Source: the human T2T-CHM13v2.0 reference genome, Homo sapiens. From it: a stretch of DNA of 64,000 nucleotides. The notes under the pieces are model-generated. The model did not search any database, was not told the DNA's origin, and saw only the letters and a list, made by a program, of their open reading frames with translations. Within the stretch, counting starts at the first letter, position 1. Each line of letters opens with the position of its first letter. Positions 1 through 16,664 of the stretch are shown here, piece after piece. The position numbers and the translations under genes are program-made. The DNA is taken from the NCBI RefSeq assembly GCF_009914755.1, contig NC_060925.1; one strand, 5' to 3'.

Positions 1-379
1 AACATGGGGGTCTGGCCACTTGGTGAACATCAGCGTGGAGTGATGACGGTGCCTGAAGACCTGCTCCAACATGGACAGACACCAGCAAATGGCCAATGAA
101 CTTTCCAGATGATACCAGGAAACTATAGAGATCCCTTGGATTTTTGATGTCACTATGAGGTGAGAAGTAAAGAACAGCAAATCATGATCAACTAAGTTTA
201 AATTTGAAATGGCTGAGCTAACATGAAGTAACTGTGATCATCTAGAATTAACTAGGAAATTCTCCATCATACATACAGTATAGAAAACCTGACATAGAAG
301 CTATGTTCCATATAGAAAAATAAAGCTATGCTTTATGGCTACCTGATATTGTGGACTGAAAATATCACAGCTGCTATAG

Positions 380-704
<325 letters not shown>

Positions 705-825
705 AGGAAGCATTTAAGCAGAAGAATATCATAATCAGATCTGTGGACCATGAGGATGTGTATGGGAGGCAGAGAGGAAATAGACGGCAGAAGCAAGCAA
801 GATGGCAGCCTATGCTGGCCTAGCT

Positions 826-984
826 CAGTGCTCCTCAAATTTTAATGGACAGATGAATCATGTGTGGGCCTTGTAAAAAGGCGAAGTCTGATTTGTCCTG
901 AGGGTGAGAGAGTCATTGAAATTCTAGCCAACACCGAAGTGAGGCTTATGCTCTAGTCCATGGAGCATGTTTTAAGTAGCAAGG
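826..984 (+). mobile_element. MER5A1-like hAT-Charlie DNA transposon relic
   Basis: Begins cagtgctcctcaaattttaat, ends ttttaagtagcaagg; flanks gcctagct/gtctaggt resemble the Charlie NNCTAGNN target. Confidence 0.75.
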
Positions 985-3900
985 GTCTAGGTGGCAGGTG
1001 ACTTAGCCTGAACTTGGCAGTAACAATGGAAAAGGAGGGAAGACACAGCTGAAAAGCATCAGGAAGCAAAAATGACAAGACTTAGTGACTGCTTGGAATA
1101 AGAGAAAATATTCACGATGACACCAAGATTTTTAGGCTTGGACAACTAAGAGTATCATGGTGCTGTTAACTGAGTCCTCAGAAATAAAGATTATGCAGAA
1201 ATACCACAAAAGCCCTTACACATATTGATTTCTACCAGGTTGGAGAAAAACACCCCTACTGTGTAAGGTTGCCTTTTTCTTTTCTCTCTCTCTCTTTGCC
1301 CACTCAAGCAGAGTTCTTGGTAGACAATTGACTGCCTATTTTTCAGCCCTTTGGTATTCCTGCTTAGCATACAGGCCCCCTCACCACAGGAAGAAATTTG
1401 AGATTGGGATCCATTCCTCCTTGCATAGGAGGTTTTGGCTGCTTTGTTTTCATTGCACATTGTTAATGATTTGTCCCTGAACAAACTGAAAATATGCCAT
1501 TAGAGAGATTAACAGATATGGAACTCCAAAGAACCTAAAAGTACTTCAGTGCAGCTTGAGAATTATAGTGAGTTGTTCCCAAAGTAAAAAGAAAACTATG
1601 TCAAACAGGTGTTTTAAGATTCCCCAAGTTAATAGTCCAGAGAGGGCCCTGGGACCCAGCAACAGTCTTCACTTGCTGTGTGAATTTGGCTCCCAGTCAG
1701 AGAGAGAGAGAGTGATAAAGAGATCAGGAGAGGCCTCTGCTTCTGCTGATGCCCCAGAGTCATCATTACAGGTGAAGCAGCAAGTCAAGAATGGTCCATG
1801 CAGTTGCCAAAAACCATTTATGGAGATGAACTATGGGAAATGGCCATGCAATTTCATTTCTCATTTCAGATTCTTATTGAAGTGAGACCAGATTAGACTC
1901 AAGCCCCTGTCTGTACTGCCTGTGTGTGTGTTGGGGGAGGGAGGTGTGATGGGAGAAGGAAGGGGGAATGCCTGGTATTGTGCTTCTGTGAACTGGTTTC
2001 CTTAATGCATGAAGGTAACACTTAGAACAGTTCATAGCTTCCCCAGGAAACCATTCTAAGTGGGCCACGTGCCCAGTGGTTTCTATCCCAGTTAAGTAAA
2101 TAAATGAAATATGCTAATTAGCACCCTATTAGCTCACAGCAGGGAGTAATCCATGGCATTTTGATTGGAAAGAATTCTGTCATCCAAAAGGCTGGTCTGT
2201 AACAGAATGCAAACTGGCCCAATTTCCTCCCTCCCTTCCTCATGGCAGTTGTCCAAATGTCTCAGAAGCAGACCTCACAACTGTGTGCAATTCTGAGGGT
2301 GTCACTTCACTCCATGAAAGCATCTCCTGGCCTCCACTGAATCTGGCACCATGCTGCACTCTAAGCATGGATTTATACAATTTAGAAATATGGACCTGAG
2401 CTCAAAAACACTGAGCAGGTTGGGGAGGATCTTTGACGGGGGAGAGGCAGTTCTTATTTCTTTCATTATGAGAATATCCCTACTTTTATTCTCTTGCCCT
2501 CCCAGACTCCAATCTGGAACGTATTTCTTTAACTCAGGTATGCAGGCATGCTGCCATGGAGTGGTTCAGTTGAAGCAGTCTTCTTATTAAATGGTAGAGC
2601 TTTGGGGTTTTAGTTGGGGAAAGGCCAGCTCATTTAGGTTCACCTCTTTCTATTTTTATTGTTTCAGCTGCAGGGAAATCCTATTTAGCTCCTGTTTCCC
2701 TAGTACTATTTCAATGCTAGATTTACATCTTGCCTCTCCTGTAGTACTTTGCAGAAGGAAGGGATTGGGGGGCAGTACAGATACTGAAGAAAAAAGCTCA
2801 AGACAAGAACAGCATGTTTTCCAATCTGCTCTTTTAAAACATCTACTTTCTAAGAGCTTTGGGGTTTTAAAGGAATTAGACATTATGACACATCTGTCAG
2901 GTTGCCACAGAATTTGTCAAAAATCCCTGTAAGAGTGGGACTTATACAATGAAGCTTAGTTATATCGTGGATAGGCTTGTAACACATTTTCTGTTCTTTA
3001 TACCTAAAGTTACAGGGATCACCTGTGTATTTGCTGGTGGCTGTCTAATAAAAGATGTGGGTGTGGAGGAAATAGATTTTTAATCATCTGAATGTTATAG
3101 AGGTAAGTTTCCAATGAGTTTTCTTTCTCATGTTTGGTTTTCCCTTCGCATGATGACCTACTAAAACCAAATAGATTTTGAATGCCTATGGCAATGCCTC
3201 GTGAAAGCACTGGTTCTCTGCATGCTCACTTGTTCCCTTTCCAGTAAAAAATCAATTAATATTAAAGTTAAAATATATCAATAGAACGTATTGGTTGTAA
3301 GTACATCACTTTTTCTTGCATCCTAGTTTTGCCTTTTTTTTTTTTTTTTTAGTTTCTTCTTAGGTATGAAGAGAATCTATTATCTTGATTAGATATAAAT
3401 TCAAAACAAATGTTGAATACCGGCTGTTGTATTCTCAACATTTTAGAATTCAACTTTAAATGAAATCTTCAAAAAAGCAAGTCCAAGAAAAACCTCATAG
3501 TAATATTTGTGTCTCATTCACTACCATCACCAAATGATATTGATTGCAGTACCTGAAGAAATCATTAGGCACCATATGACACTGATGTCTATTTAGAGTG
3601 TTTTTTATTCTGTATTGGAAAATAAAGCACATTACCTAAATGATTCAAATGGCAAGAAAAAAATTTATCCCTAAAAGCCATCTGTGAATTAGCATATGGG
3701 CTTCTGGAACCCAACATCTTGATTCTATATGTGAGTCAGGAGGAAAAAAAACAACAAAAAAAGAATGAAAGGAAGAAAATGGGATCCTGTCTCTAAATAT
3801 AAAACAAGAAATGGTTTTATTCAATCAAGGAGATTTCAAAGAAAGTATTTATGAGAATGAAGTAGTCAGCTGGACCTCACAGAGGCTTCACCCAGGGCTG

Positions 3901-4073
3901 ATCCCAAGAACAGTCACAAAACTTTAAGTTAGCCAAGACCCAGACTCTGCTGATGGAAAAATATGTTCCTGCATCCTTGCTCTGTAAATCCAGGCATGTT
4001 CTATATGCAATCTAGGCTTTTTAGTTTTGGCAGATCTACCTATCTTGAACTGGAAAACAGTTCAGTGAAGCAT

Positions 4074-4104
4074 GAAAGAAAGAAAGAAAGAAAGAAAGAA
4101 AGAG

Positions 4105-4175
<71 letters not shown>

Positions 4176-4176
4176 A
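4074..4176 (+). repeat. (GAAA)n microsatellite, ~25 units
   Basis: Directly visible; one GAGA interruption. Confidence 0.99.
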
Positions 4177-5659
4177 TATGAATCAAAGGCAAGAAACCTA
4201 GCTGTAGTGGCAGCCACTGCCATTACTAGGTAAGTGTTAGTGAGTCTTAAAAGACTCCTGCCTTTGTCCCTTCAGCCCAGCTCCCAGTCAAGTTGGCAAA
4301 GTATAACTTTGCTGCTTAGGAAAAGGCATCATGTCCCTCTTGCATTTATCAGATACTGTATATCTGCCTTGAATATATAAACTAATACAAACCAAAAAAG
4401 TCAGGTGGACAGAGGAATGAGGCCTAAATGCTTTTACGTACTTTGAGTTGCTGGGGAATGTTTTTCCTGTATATTCACATGTTCCAAATATCTGTCTTAC
4501 TTTGAGCCTGGATTTCTGAAGTAAACACGTACAACCTAGCAGTGGGAACAAAAGACAGAAATAACTCTCTGTTGACACTTTTAATTAGATGTGGTTGCAG
4601 GGCCACTCAAGATGACAATTAGCCCCACTGCAACTACTATTGACGGATTACAAGCAAACACTGCCTGCTACCTGGTAATTCTACCTGTTAATTACTTGGA
4701 AAGATTCAGTTACTCAACAACTGACCTGAATGTTTTTGTGAATTGGAGGACCTGTTAGAGAGGGGTGGGGGACAACTTTAAAAAAAACCACATAGTGAAG
4801 TTGACAGTCAGGAACTGCTGAAATTTTATCAAAAATATTCTCGCAGCATAATGAAGCTTTCCAGGGAGTCAATCTCCCCAGACATTTGCCTTTGCCAACA
4901 GTTACAACAATGAGGAAAACTTTAATAGTGTTGTGGCAATTATTATTTTAATGCTGACTATGAAAACACGCACTGAGCTGTTTGCAGTCTCTGCCAAGTG
5001 GCAAGTGCACAGTGAATTTCAGCTAAGAGAAGACTTTGGACTTCAGCCCTAAAGTGATACTTAGAAGGGGCATGTGTGTCTTTCTGGATGGAAGAGAGAA
5101 GACAAGGAAGTCTGGGGCTGGGAGAAGCAGGGAAGCAAGGAAGATACCAAGAAACAGATGAGGAAACACTTAGACGAGCCCAGGCTTTTGCTTGATTTTC
5201 TCCTACTTCTTCTCAGTCATCCCAGTGGGATAGCATCAAGTGAAGTCCCGGGGCCTCTCCAGTGATAATAGCAGACATCAGTGCCAGTGCGGGCTCTGGC
5301 TGGGAAACAACTGACCGCTGAGGAATGCCTGTCGATGGAGGAGCAGCATTAGAGGGAGGTATCTAGCTGAGGGATTCAGATGGTGAACCAATTGCCAGAG
5401 GTCACACAAGTCACTGCTCAAGGTCAGAGTAATTAGTTTGCTCATTCAGTTGTCATTTGCTGAGTGTCCATTATGTGCTACATGCTGAAGATGCATGGCT
5501 TCCATAGGTGATTCAACCACAATCAAAGCTGCAATGGGATTCATTCACAGGAAGGAGAAAAAAAGCACAGTTTCTTGTCTCCATGAAGCTCACAGTCCTA
5601 TAAATAATAACAGTCTTTTATTCTTACTTTGTACTTGGACAAAAGCTACTTTGTTATAT

Positions 5660-5815
5660 CCCCATTACACCCCATATAAGGTAAGACTTATTATCCTATA
5701 CATTTATGGATGAGGAAAATAAGCCTTGACCTTGCTGAAACTCATACAGCTAGTAAGCAGCAGCACCAAAACTTAAGCTTAAGTTTCTTGATCCCCAGCT
5801 ATCTAAAACCATGGT
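5660..5815 (-). mobile_element. MIR SINE
   Basis: Core catttatggatgaggaaaataagcc...catacagctagtaagcagcagc. Confidence 0.65.
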
Positions 5816-6288
5816 CCCTAATACCTGGGCTTTAGCTCACTTACGAGTTTTGATGCAGCACAACTCAACTGAAGTCAGTGCCTGAGATCTCTGAGCCTCT
5901 ATTTAAGAGCTATTTCCACTCAGACTACATGCAGACCTGCTACAACAAAGGTTCGTGAAGAGACACATAATATAAATACACTTAAAGCTGCAAAGTCATT
6001 CATTAACAGAAGTGTAGATTGGGTAGTTGACAATCTGAACTACAGAATTTTTTAAAGCATAGTCTTACCACTTTCAAGAGCACTTTTGAGCTAGTTTCAA
6101 TGTTTACATATTGAGATTATCTGATGAAATTGTATTTTGCCCAATATGTTTATCATGGAATTATTTATAATGGCAAAAAATTTCAAGATAACCTAACTTA
6201 TTAATATTAGAGAAATGATGAGGAAAACATGGTGCCTCTCTAGAGATAGTATTATGTAGTCATTAAAAGTAATTATCAATAGTTATAT

Positions 6289-6850
<562 letters not shown>

Positions 6851-6982
6851 GCATCTCCACCATTCAGTGAAAAACATAGGAGACAAGTTTATGTACATTT
6901 TGATTGGACCTATCAAGCACAAGCATCTCTACAGCAGAGGGCTAAAATGGAAGTAAATAAACAGAAGAGTATTAATGCTGGT

Positions 6983-7849
<867 letters not shown>

Positions 7850-10149
7850 TCAACCACCCTGATATAAAAATAAAAACAAAACTTAAAAAAAAAAGTTTTT
7901 TAAACTACCAGAGTAATCATATTAAGATTATGAGAGTGTAGGTAATTTTTTCTTTATTAGTTAAATTTCTGTATTTTTATGACTAAAAACTTGAATAAAC
8001 AAACTTGTATTTAATATTTAAATAGTTATAAACATGTCTGCAATTACATTCAATGCACTCAGCAATACATACATACATACATACACACATACAATTTCTC
8101 CAAAGCTCAAATTCAACTCTATCAAATATTCCTCTGGTCTTTATCACATCTTCTGAAAATGACAGTTCATCCTCAAATGTCTAAGAGGAAGGAATATTTT
8201 AAAAAGCAAGCCTAAAAAGTACACGCCTCTCTTCTGCTCCCCCAAGTATTCTGATGTCTGCCTATCAGCGCAGGCAGACCTCCTCATAAGCCTAGATGCC
8301 CTTAGAATTGTGTAAAGTTGCACAAAAACCCCGTGCCTCTAGCTTTTTCAAGGACACTGCCTATTATGTCTCTCAATGTCTTCTATAGGATGCACTGCCA
8401 TGAAAAACTTGCTCCCTTACAGAATTGATGTGCGTGTTCATCCCCGAGTTAAAAAGCTTCCTGAATTTCCTTTCTTTGTCCTTGCTGCAAGGAAGCTCAC
8501 AGTAATATACTGCCTTTTGCAGTGAATACAGGCCTTTTTTGTTTTTCACATGATCCTGTTTTTACAATATTGTAACCTTATTTTACATAAGTCCTTTACT
8601 CAAAAAGTCCTTTTTGGAAAGAAACAGGTAGGAACAATAGATACTGTTTTAGTGCTTATCATGTGCTAAACACTAGCAATTTGGTTCCCCAGTGAAAAAA
8701 GAATTTTTATTTTCTTTTTAAGCATTTGGAGTGCCATTTGGGAGTGGTTGAGAGTTTTCAGTTTCTCTAGATGGAGACCTTTGGGACATAATTTTGGGAG
8801 CAGGGAGTTGATATTATTATCAGGAAAGTTTACTATTACTACTGTAAAGCTAAAAGCTAGTTCCTATCCATAGTTGTCTAGAGGGAAAAAAAAACCTGTG
8901 AAGTCACTCCAAGTCCTAATGATGATGCTATAGATCAAGATATTGTTGTATTTGTTACAATATAAACTAAAGCTAGCTTTAACTATGCTATATCCTTGCT
9001 TATGTAAAGAAATTTTTTTTGAAAATACAGATTTAGACAGAAATTTGGCGCCCACATACAGAATTAGTTAAGTTGCAGAAAACCTACATTTTGAGCAATG
9101 TACTCTCAACTTTCATGATTGTCTTGTCAGGACAATAGAGTTCAGACTGTACCTCTGGGTGGGTTAGGAGCATCCCCTGAAGAAAATAAGTTTCCACTGT
9201 CAGTCATGCTCAGACAGGAAACACCATGGCCTTGGACAGCGGCAAGGGAGGATCCCCACCAATCTCACATGCTGTGGACTGAGAAACTCGGGGTATCTGA
9301 CAAGGGGAAGCACTGTGGGAGCCAGAGATTCCCATGAGAAGTGGGACCTCCGCTGCTTGGCAGCCCATAGAGAGCAAAGCAAGGACTTTCAAATGGGGAT
9401 CAGAGCCTATAAACCCTAAAAGGAATCACTGTTGACAGTCGTATATATAATCATTTTTGCTTGTTCACTGAACACTTTGAGGACTTTCTCTCAGTTAAGT
9501 AGTATGATTTTCATATACACCTCTAACCTGTTTGATACCTGCCACAGCACTGACACATTATATTTCTATTTTTCTCTAAAATATTTTTCTCAAAATAAAA
9601 AAAAAATTAAGAAGGTAAGTATTTCTATATGGCCATCCCATATAGTCTATACACTCCCACTTGGATAAATACAGGAGAGCTGGCAGGGCAGACCAGACCA
9701 CTGACTTGTGGCTAATGAGCATCAGAGTCAGATGCTGGAAACACTCTGAAAGAGCTGAGTGCGTTCTGTAGTCTTCACCCCTCTGTGCATTCTCTTTCTG
9801 CCATTTATTTCTGGCAAATAGTTTTAATGCATAATGGCTGACAAGGGTAAACAAATGAAGTGTTCAACTTGCCACAAAGAATGAGAATTATGCTAACTCT
9901 TCAAATGCAAGTTTTCTGGCTGTTCAAGGATACAATAAAGCAAGCCAAGGGTAAAGATCAGCAGTCACTTAGGTATTGGTTGGTCTTTCATAAATATCAC
10001 TTCATAAATATCACTGCAGAGTGGAAGGATAAACCAATATTCTTGTAAGTGGGATCTACAAGAAACCATGGCCAGAGGTATATCATTGTCTGTCTGCCCT
10101 CAAATCCTTTAGAGTGCTAATTTGTAGGAATACAGCCACTCTGTACTAA

Positions 10150-10347
10150 ATGGACTACATGTGTATTATTTCATTTAATACTCATAACAACCCTATCATG
10201 TTGCAGATTGGGAAACCAGAAGCCCAGAAAGTTTAGGGGAAAATGCTGCCCATAGTCTCATAGCTAAGAAATTATCACAGAGCCAGTGTTTGACCCAGAC
10301 AATCTGACTCTAGAGCCAATGTGCTTAACCATTATGCAATATTGCCT
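10150..10347 (-). mobile_element. MIR SINE
   Basis: tcatttaatactcataacaaccct...tttgacccagacaatctgactctagagcc...cttaaccattatgc. Confidence 0.75.
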
Positions 10348-10514
10348 TCAGCTCTCTGCAGTGTTATTTTCTTATCGTCCTCTGCATTCAATTAAATTTT
10401 ATTAAATTAGACTCTTAGCTGTTTTGAGTCAGGCGAGGGAGTGGTAATTGTAAGGGAGTACTCTAGGTCCCCGCCTAGAGTAGAGTTGCAAATGAGAAAA
10501 GCCTTGTAAGATGA

Positions 10515-10975
10515 GAAATTGCCAATGGCCCACCCCTAATATCCATTTTCCCCACCTCCTCAATGATAGGAGCACCTATAACCATGTGCCTAGCTAATAC
10601 ATATCTCAGTTTCCTTTGCAGACAGGTGTGGTCATATGATGAAGTTTTGGTCAACAAGATGTATGCAAAAGAATCCTTATGTGCACAAGGGCTCACTCAT
10701 CTTCAATCCTTCCTCCTTCCTACCATTTAGAACTTGGATAAGATGGCATGAGCTCTAAGGCTATCATGGACCATTAAATGACCTTAATACTGGAAGCCAC
10801 ATACTTAGGATGGTGGAGCAGAAAAACAGAAACCAGGACTCTGATGATAGTATGAAATGGTATCATCGGGTCAACCTTGGAAGTCCTACCTCCTTTTACA
10901 TGAGCAAGAAATACACTTGTATTTTGTTGAAGCCAGTGTTGTTTTGGGGTTTTATGTTACATGCAGCCAGGGACT
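10515..10975 (+). mobile_element. MLT1J/I-like MaLR LTR
   Basis: tttcctttgcagacaggtgtggtcatatgatgaagttttggtc...ttgttgaagccagtgttgttttggggttttatgttacatgcagcc. Confidence 0.7.
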
Positions 10976-11372
10976 ACCTAGGCCTGTTATTCAAGGTTGT
11001 ATTGGTTTTTTAATCATCCAAAAGCATCTGGCTAAGGAGAGGAGTGAGGGCTGAAATGCAGCCAGCATTCTCTTCAACAAACTGTGGACTCTGACATGGG
11101 GCTGAGTCCACTCAGAAAGAGAGGACATCATTTTCTAATTCATTTAAAGGCCTAGTCTGTTCATGAAGTCATGGCCCTATTTGGAAGGATCACCTGTTGG
11201 TGATTGACACAAAGGCACTATATGGGCTAGCTGGAGCTTTATTTTAATTCAAGTCCAGAGAAGTGAGCTATACAATAGCAAGAGGTTACACAAGACATTT
11301 GGAGCAGCAGAAATTGTTCAGTGGAATAATGACTACCCGGTTAACACGTAGAACTTAAAACTACTTTCTCTG

Positions 11373-11679
<307 letters not shown>

Positions 11680-11724
11680 AAAGCTGCTTTCTCTGATGTT
11701 CCCCAAAGTAGTTTGGAGACTAGT

Positions 11725-12240
11725 GGCTATCTACTCAAAGGAAAAGAAGTCATCATATGAAAAAGACATTTGCACATGCGTGTTTATAGCAGCACAATTC
11801 GCAATTGCAAATATGTGAAACCAACCTAAATGCCCATCAAGCAACAAGTGGATAAAGAAAATGTGGTATATATACACCATGGAATACTACTCAGCCATAT
11901 AAAGAATGAAATAATGGCATTCGCAGCATCCGGGATGGAGTTGCAGACCATTATTCTAAGTAACTCAGGAATGGAAAAACCAAATATTGTATGTCCTCAC
12001 TTACAAGTGGGAGCTAAGCTATGAGGATGCAAAGGCATAAGAATAATATAGTAGATTTGGGGGATTTGGGGTAAGGAGGAGAGGGGGGTGAGAGATAAAA
12101 GACTACATACTGGGTACAGTGTACACTGCTCAGGTGACAGGTACATCAAAATCTCAGAAATCACCACTAAAGAACTTATCCATGTAACCAAAAATCACCT
12201 GTTCCCCCAAAACTACCAAAATAAAATAAACAAACAAAAT
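11725..12240 (+). mobile_element. L1PB-type LINE-1 3' end, 5'-truncated
   Basis: ORF2 tail and 3'UTR motifs (gggagctaagctatgaggatgcaaaggcataagaat; gaaatcaccactaaagaacttatccatgtaacc) plus A-rich tail. Confidence 0.9.
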
Positions 12241-12349
12241 CTTGGAGAAAGGGGATCCAATAGAAAATTGGACTTTCTATAATCAGTAGGATAAGGGCTT
12301 AGAATAATGTAAATATTAATATGAAAAAGTGACTTTTTAAATCATAAAC

Positions 12350-12545
12350 TGTTGTGCATTCCTTATCTCATTTAATCCTCAAAACTACATTATAATTAGG
12401 TATTATTGTTTCAGTTCTACAGAAGAGAAAGCAGTCTGAGAGCAAATAAATAAATTGTTCAAGTTCACAACTAATAAGTGGCAAAGCCAGGATTCTCGCC
12501 AGGTCTGACTCCTAAAGTTGTGCGCTGAACCACTACTCTGTATTT
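12350..12545 (-). mobile_element. MIR SINE
   Basis: tctcatttaatcctcaaaac...aagttcacaactaataagtggcaaagccaggattc. Confidence 0.75.
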
Positions 12546-14088
12546 CAGTCTAGTGCCTCCTAAGTGATCACATGTCCAAATTAGTGAAATCCTAAACTTG
12601 ACTGAGCTTATGGAAATTTGAAAACACCCCATAATGGGCCCAGATGATGTGTCAGAGTCCCTTTGTTTAGAAGAAGGAAGTTGCCTTACTTCCCCAGTTA
12701 TTTCTGTTCTGGAGGAGAGGTGTGCTCCACAGATGTGTGAAGTGGCTGGGATTCCCACTCAGCGTGACACAAGCCCTCCCAGCTTCAAGAAGTCAGACCT
12801 AGACCTCTCTGTGGAAAGGGCAAGTCCTCTTTAATGAAATTTCTCCTCTGGAGGTACGGCTTCCCTCTGGTGCTCAACTCAAGTTCATCTTGGGATCACC
12901 CTACCCTAAGTTATTTTAAGGCAGTATTAATGTTTTATGACCTATTTCTTAGTTTCCTTTGGAAAAAAAATTACAGCCCAGGCATTCTGCCTCTGACACT
13001 GCAAACAGCTGATGTGTGATTTGGAAAAGTATATTTTATTGTGAGTGGGAAGATATGCAAGAAATAGGAAATGATTTCTGTTAGAGTAATATCTGTTTCT
13101 TGTTCTCCCTCTTACCCCAGTGCCCACACCCCCATCTCTGCACATACACACCTTGGCCGTGGTAGCAGAGCTCTGCACTGACATTTCCTATATAAGATTT
13201 GCCCTAGAGAGACAAAGAGTTGTTTTTGAGCAATTTTTTGCTTCTAAAAGTTGACTCAAGATCGTTTCAGGGATATGCCCTTGGATTCTCTTCTTTTTGG
13301 AGGTCTCTGTGGGTCCTCCCCAGCCTCAGATGTGCACGTGTGTGTGCGTGCATGTGTGCAACCATATAAAAGAATATATATTTCTTCTTCCACATAAAAG
13401 CTGATGCTTAATAAAAGGAATACTAATAAAATTGCCCTAGCACCCTGGTGAGGTCAGTAATGCCTGCTTTTGCTAAGAAGAAAAATAGAAGAAAAAAAAA
13501 AGAGAGAGAAAGAGAAAGAGCCAAGTTATAGAGTGGCCGTGGTGTAAGGGAGGGACAGGAGCTCGTCTCCCACTGCGTGACTCCTGAATCCATCCACTCC
13601 TGGTGGAGCTCTATTCCCATCTGACCCCACACACAGCGAACCAGACATAGCCTAGGCCTGTTCCTGAAACCACTTCTCTCACAACATTTAGGAGAGAGTA
13701 AAACATTTTCTGTAAAGCAATTGCTGCGACTTGTCCTAAAACTGAAAACAGATAAACAATTTTAAAAAAATGAAAATAGTTTAACAAAACAAATCCTGAA
13801 AACTTACCTACTCCACCCAAGGGTCGAGACTTGTAGCTGCTGAGTACAATAGCTGACCACAGTGAAAACGGAGAGGACAATTACACCTTCAAAAGGTGTT
13901 TATACAGCAGAAATATGACATCATTTCAAATTGCATATTTGGCGAATTTGTACAAATTTCCACAGACTAATTTTAAAAATATATTCTAAAGAAAATTATT
14001 TGTCCCGTGTTAGAAGAAAACACTCTGGGGAGGCAAGGACTGCCTGTCCTAAGTCCCAAATGCTTAGGGCCCTTTTCTATGTTAATAA

Positions 14089-14423
<335 letters not shown>

Positions 14424-14449
14424 TAACGCTAATCACATTATGTCTTATT

Positions 14450-14615
14450 TCATTTACTCAGTGCATATCTATAATGTAGGTGCTATCATTATTCCCATTT
14501 AAGGGATGAAGTAACTGAGACATAGAAACTTTAAGTAACTCATTCAAGTCCACATCGATTTAAACCAGACCTGTCCAGAACTAGCACTCACGTTTTGAAA
14601 TCCCAACCATGTGCT
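14450..14615 (-). mobile_element. MIR SINE
   Basis: attattcccatttaagggatgaagtaactgagacataga...ttaagtaact. Confidence 0.65.
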
Positions 14616-15109
14616 CCAGGAGGCTTTGTCTGTATTTGTTTGCCAGGAGATGGTAAGGGGAAGGTAGAGTATCGGGAAATGTGTCAGAGAAAGGACTAAA
14701 ATTGTAAGAGGGCCTCTTGTGACACCACATTCTGTGTACATCAATAGAGGAGAATATAATTTTCATGGTGCATTTAGTAGTTTAAAAACTGCACATATCC
14801 TTTGTAATAACCTTATAATAAACCACTGCACATTTTTCCCACAGACCAAAGTGATAAAATTATAAGCTTATGAATGATCACAAACAACTTGTAGATTCCT
14901 ACTGAGCAAAGCATCATAATGTTCAATAAATGGAAGCTATTACATTGCTGTTCTTGTTCATATTATGGAGACATAGCATCACAATGTCTTCGAGCAAAAG
15001 TGGTTTCACAGCCCTTTTCTTACCAAACTACATAATAACCTCAGGGCTATTCCTAAATTAATGTATTACTTCATTCAGTCACTGAGTGCCTTTGCTGGAC
15101 CAAACACTA

Positions 15110-15596
15110 CAGTGGTTCCCCCTTAACAACAGGGCATATATTCCAAGACCCCCAGTGGCTGCTGAAACTACAGATAGTACCAAATCCTACCTATACAGTA
15201 CGAGGTTTTTTCCTATGCATATACACCTATGAGGAAGTTTAATGTGTAAATTAGGCACAGTGCTCTTACACTTTGGGGCCATTATTAAGTGAAATAACTG
15301 TTCCTTGACCATAAGCACTATGTTGCTGCTACAGTCCATCTAACAGCCTAGATGGCCGCTAAGTGACTGGTAGACAGGCAGTATATACAGCATGGACGTG
15401 CTGGGCAAAAGGATACACTCTAGGGAGCACAAAATGGAATGGTATGTGATTTCTTCACACTACATAGAAAGGCACACAATTTAAAACTAACAAATTCCTT
15501 ATTTCTGGAAATTTCCACTTAATACTTTTGGACACCAGTTGACCGTGGGTAACTGAAACCACAGAAAGCAAAACCTCGAATAAGGGGGCACTACTG
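15110..15596 (+). mobile_element. MER44-type (Tigger7) TcMar DNA transposon
   Basis: TIRs cagtggttccccctta / taagggggcactactg flanked by TA at 15108-15109 and 15597-15598; internal ttccaagacccccagtgg. Confidence 0.88.
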
Positions 15597-15599
15597 TAT

Positions 15600-16130
15600 T
15601 CTATTCACTGGAAATACTGCCAGTGAAGGAAACAAAGTCCTACATTCTAGAAGAAGAATTAGGCTTTAAATAAATAACAAGTGTGTGTTTGTGTATGTAG
15701 AAAAATAACGCTGATTAAGGGCTAGAGAGTGATGATTGCCAGTGCTAATTTAGACAGGGTAGTCCAGGAAGACCTCCCTGAGGAGGTGACATTTGAGCAG
15801 AACCTCATAGTATAGCTATATGGGGAGATCAATATTCTGGCATGAGGAACAACAGGTACAAAAGTCTTGAGGTGGGATCTTGAGTTCTTTGACATGGGAA
15901 ACAGCAAAGAGGCCTGTGGCATTGGAACATAGCCAATAAGATAGAGAATGAGAGGAGACTGGAGAGCAGGCAGGGTCACATCGCGTAGGGTCACGTAGGC
16001 CCTGGGATGTGAGGGCCTGATGGTTTATTCTAGTGAGATGGGAAGCCACTGGAGGGCACTGAGCAGGAGAATGTCATTTATTATCTGGCATGTTTTAAAG
16101 AATCACTCTGTCTACTGTGCCAAAAACACA
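15600..16130 (-). mobile_element. L2 LINE fragment (3' end at ~15070, split by MER44)
   Basis: gggtagtccaggaagacctccctgaggaggtgacatttgagcag...gggaagccactggaggg. Confidence 0.8.
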
Positions 16131-16664
16131 CCATAATACCTAATGATCCTAATGATAGGTGACAGCCACTCAGGGGTTTGGAGATAACTGCAGTACTAAA
16201 CGCTAACTGCAGTAATTGCTGGTGTCTCCACCTTCAATACCCACAGACATTGAGGCAAGGTAATTTGAACCTATCCCTAAGGGAAAAAATCTTAAGATGG
16301 GGCTGTATACATTGAGGAGAAATATGAACTTAAATCAGGAATATGAGCTGAAAAATTATGCATGCATCTATTGATGCCATCATGGAATAAAGTAAGACAA
16401 TTCGGTTCTGGAGGAAGGCAACCAGGGCACCTCTAGGAATCCCAAATGCTTACCTTCCCTTCACGATGGACAAGGAGATGCTGACCAAGTAACAGCATTA
16501 CAGGGGTGTTCCAACTGCAGGGTGAGCTAGTGTTTATTGATTTGCTTTAGACTAGTCAAGAGAGAAGAGGGAACTAGGAAGGGCTCATAGAAAAACAAGA
16601 AAGCTGAGGTGATAGAAAGCAAAATGGACCCACAGGAAATTAACTAAAAGAGAACTAAATTGCA

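Noticed and set aside
1-165. Exon-like + strand segment ending GAG|GTGAGA
   Set aside because: Stops in all three frames and the acceptor is outside the window; cannot be supported
3963-4181. Lys/Glu/Arg-rich ORF
   Set aside because: Translation of the (GAAA)n microsatellite
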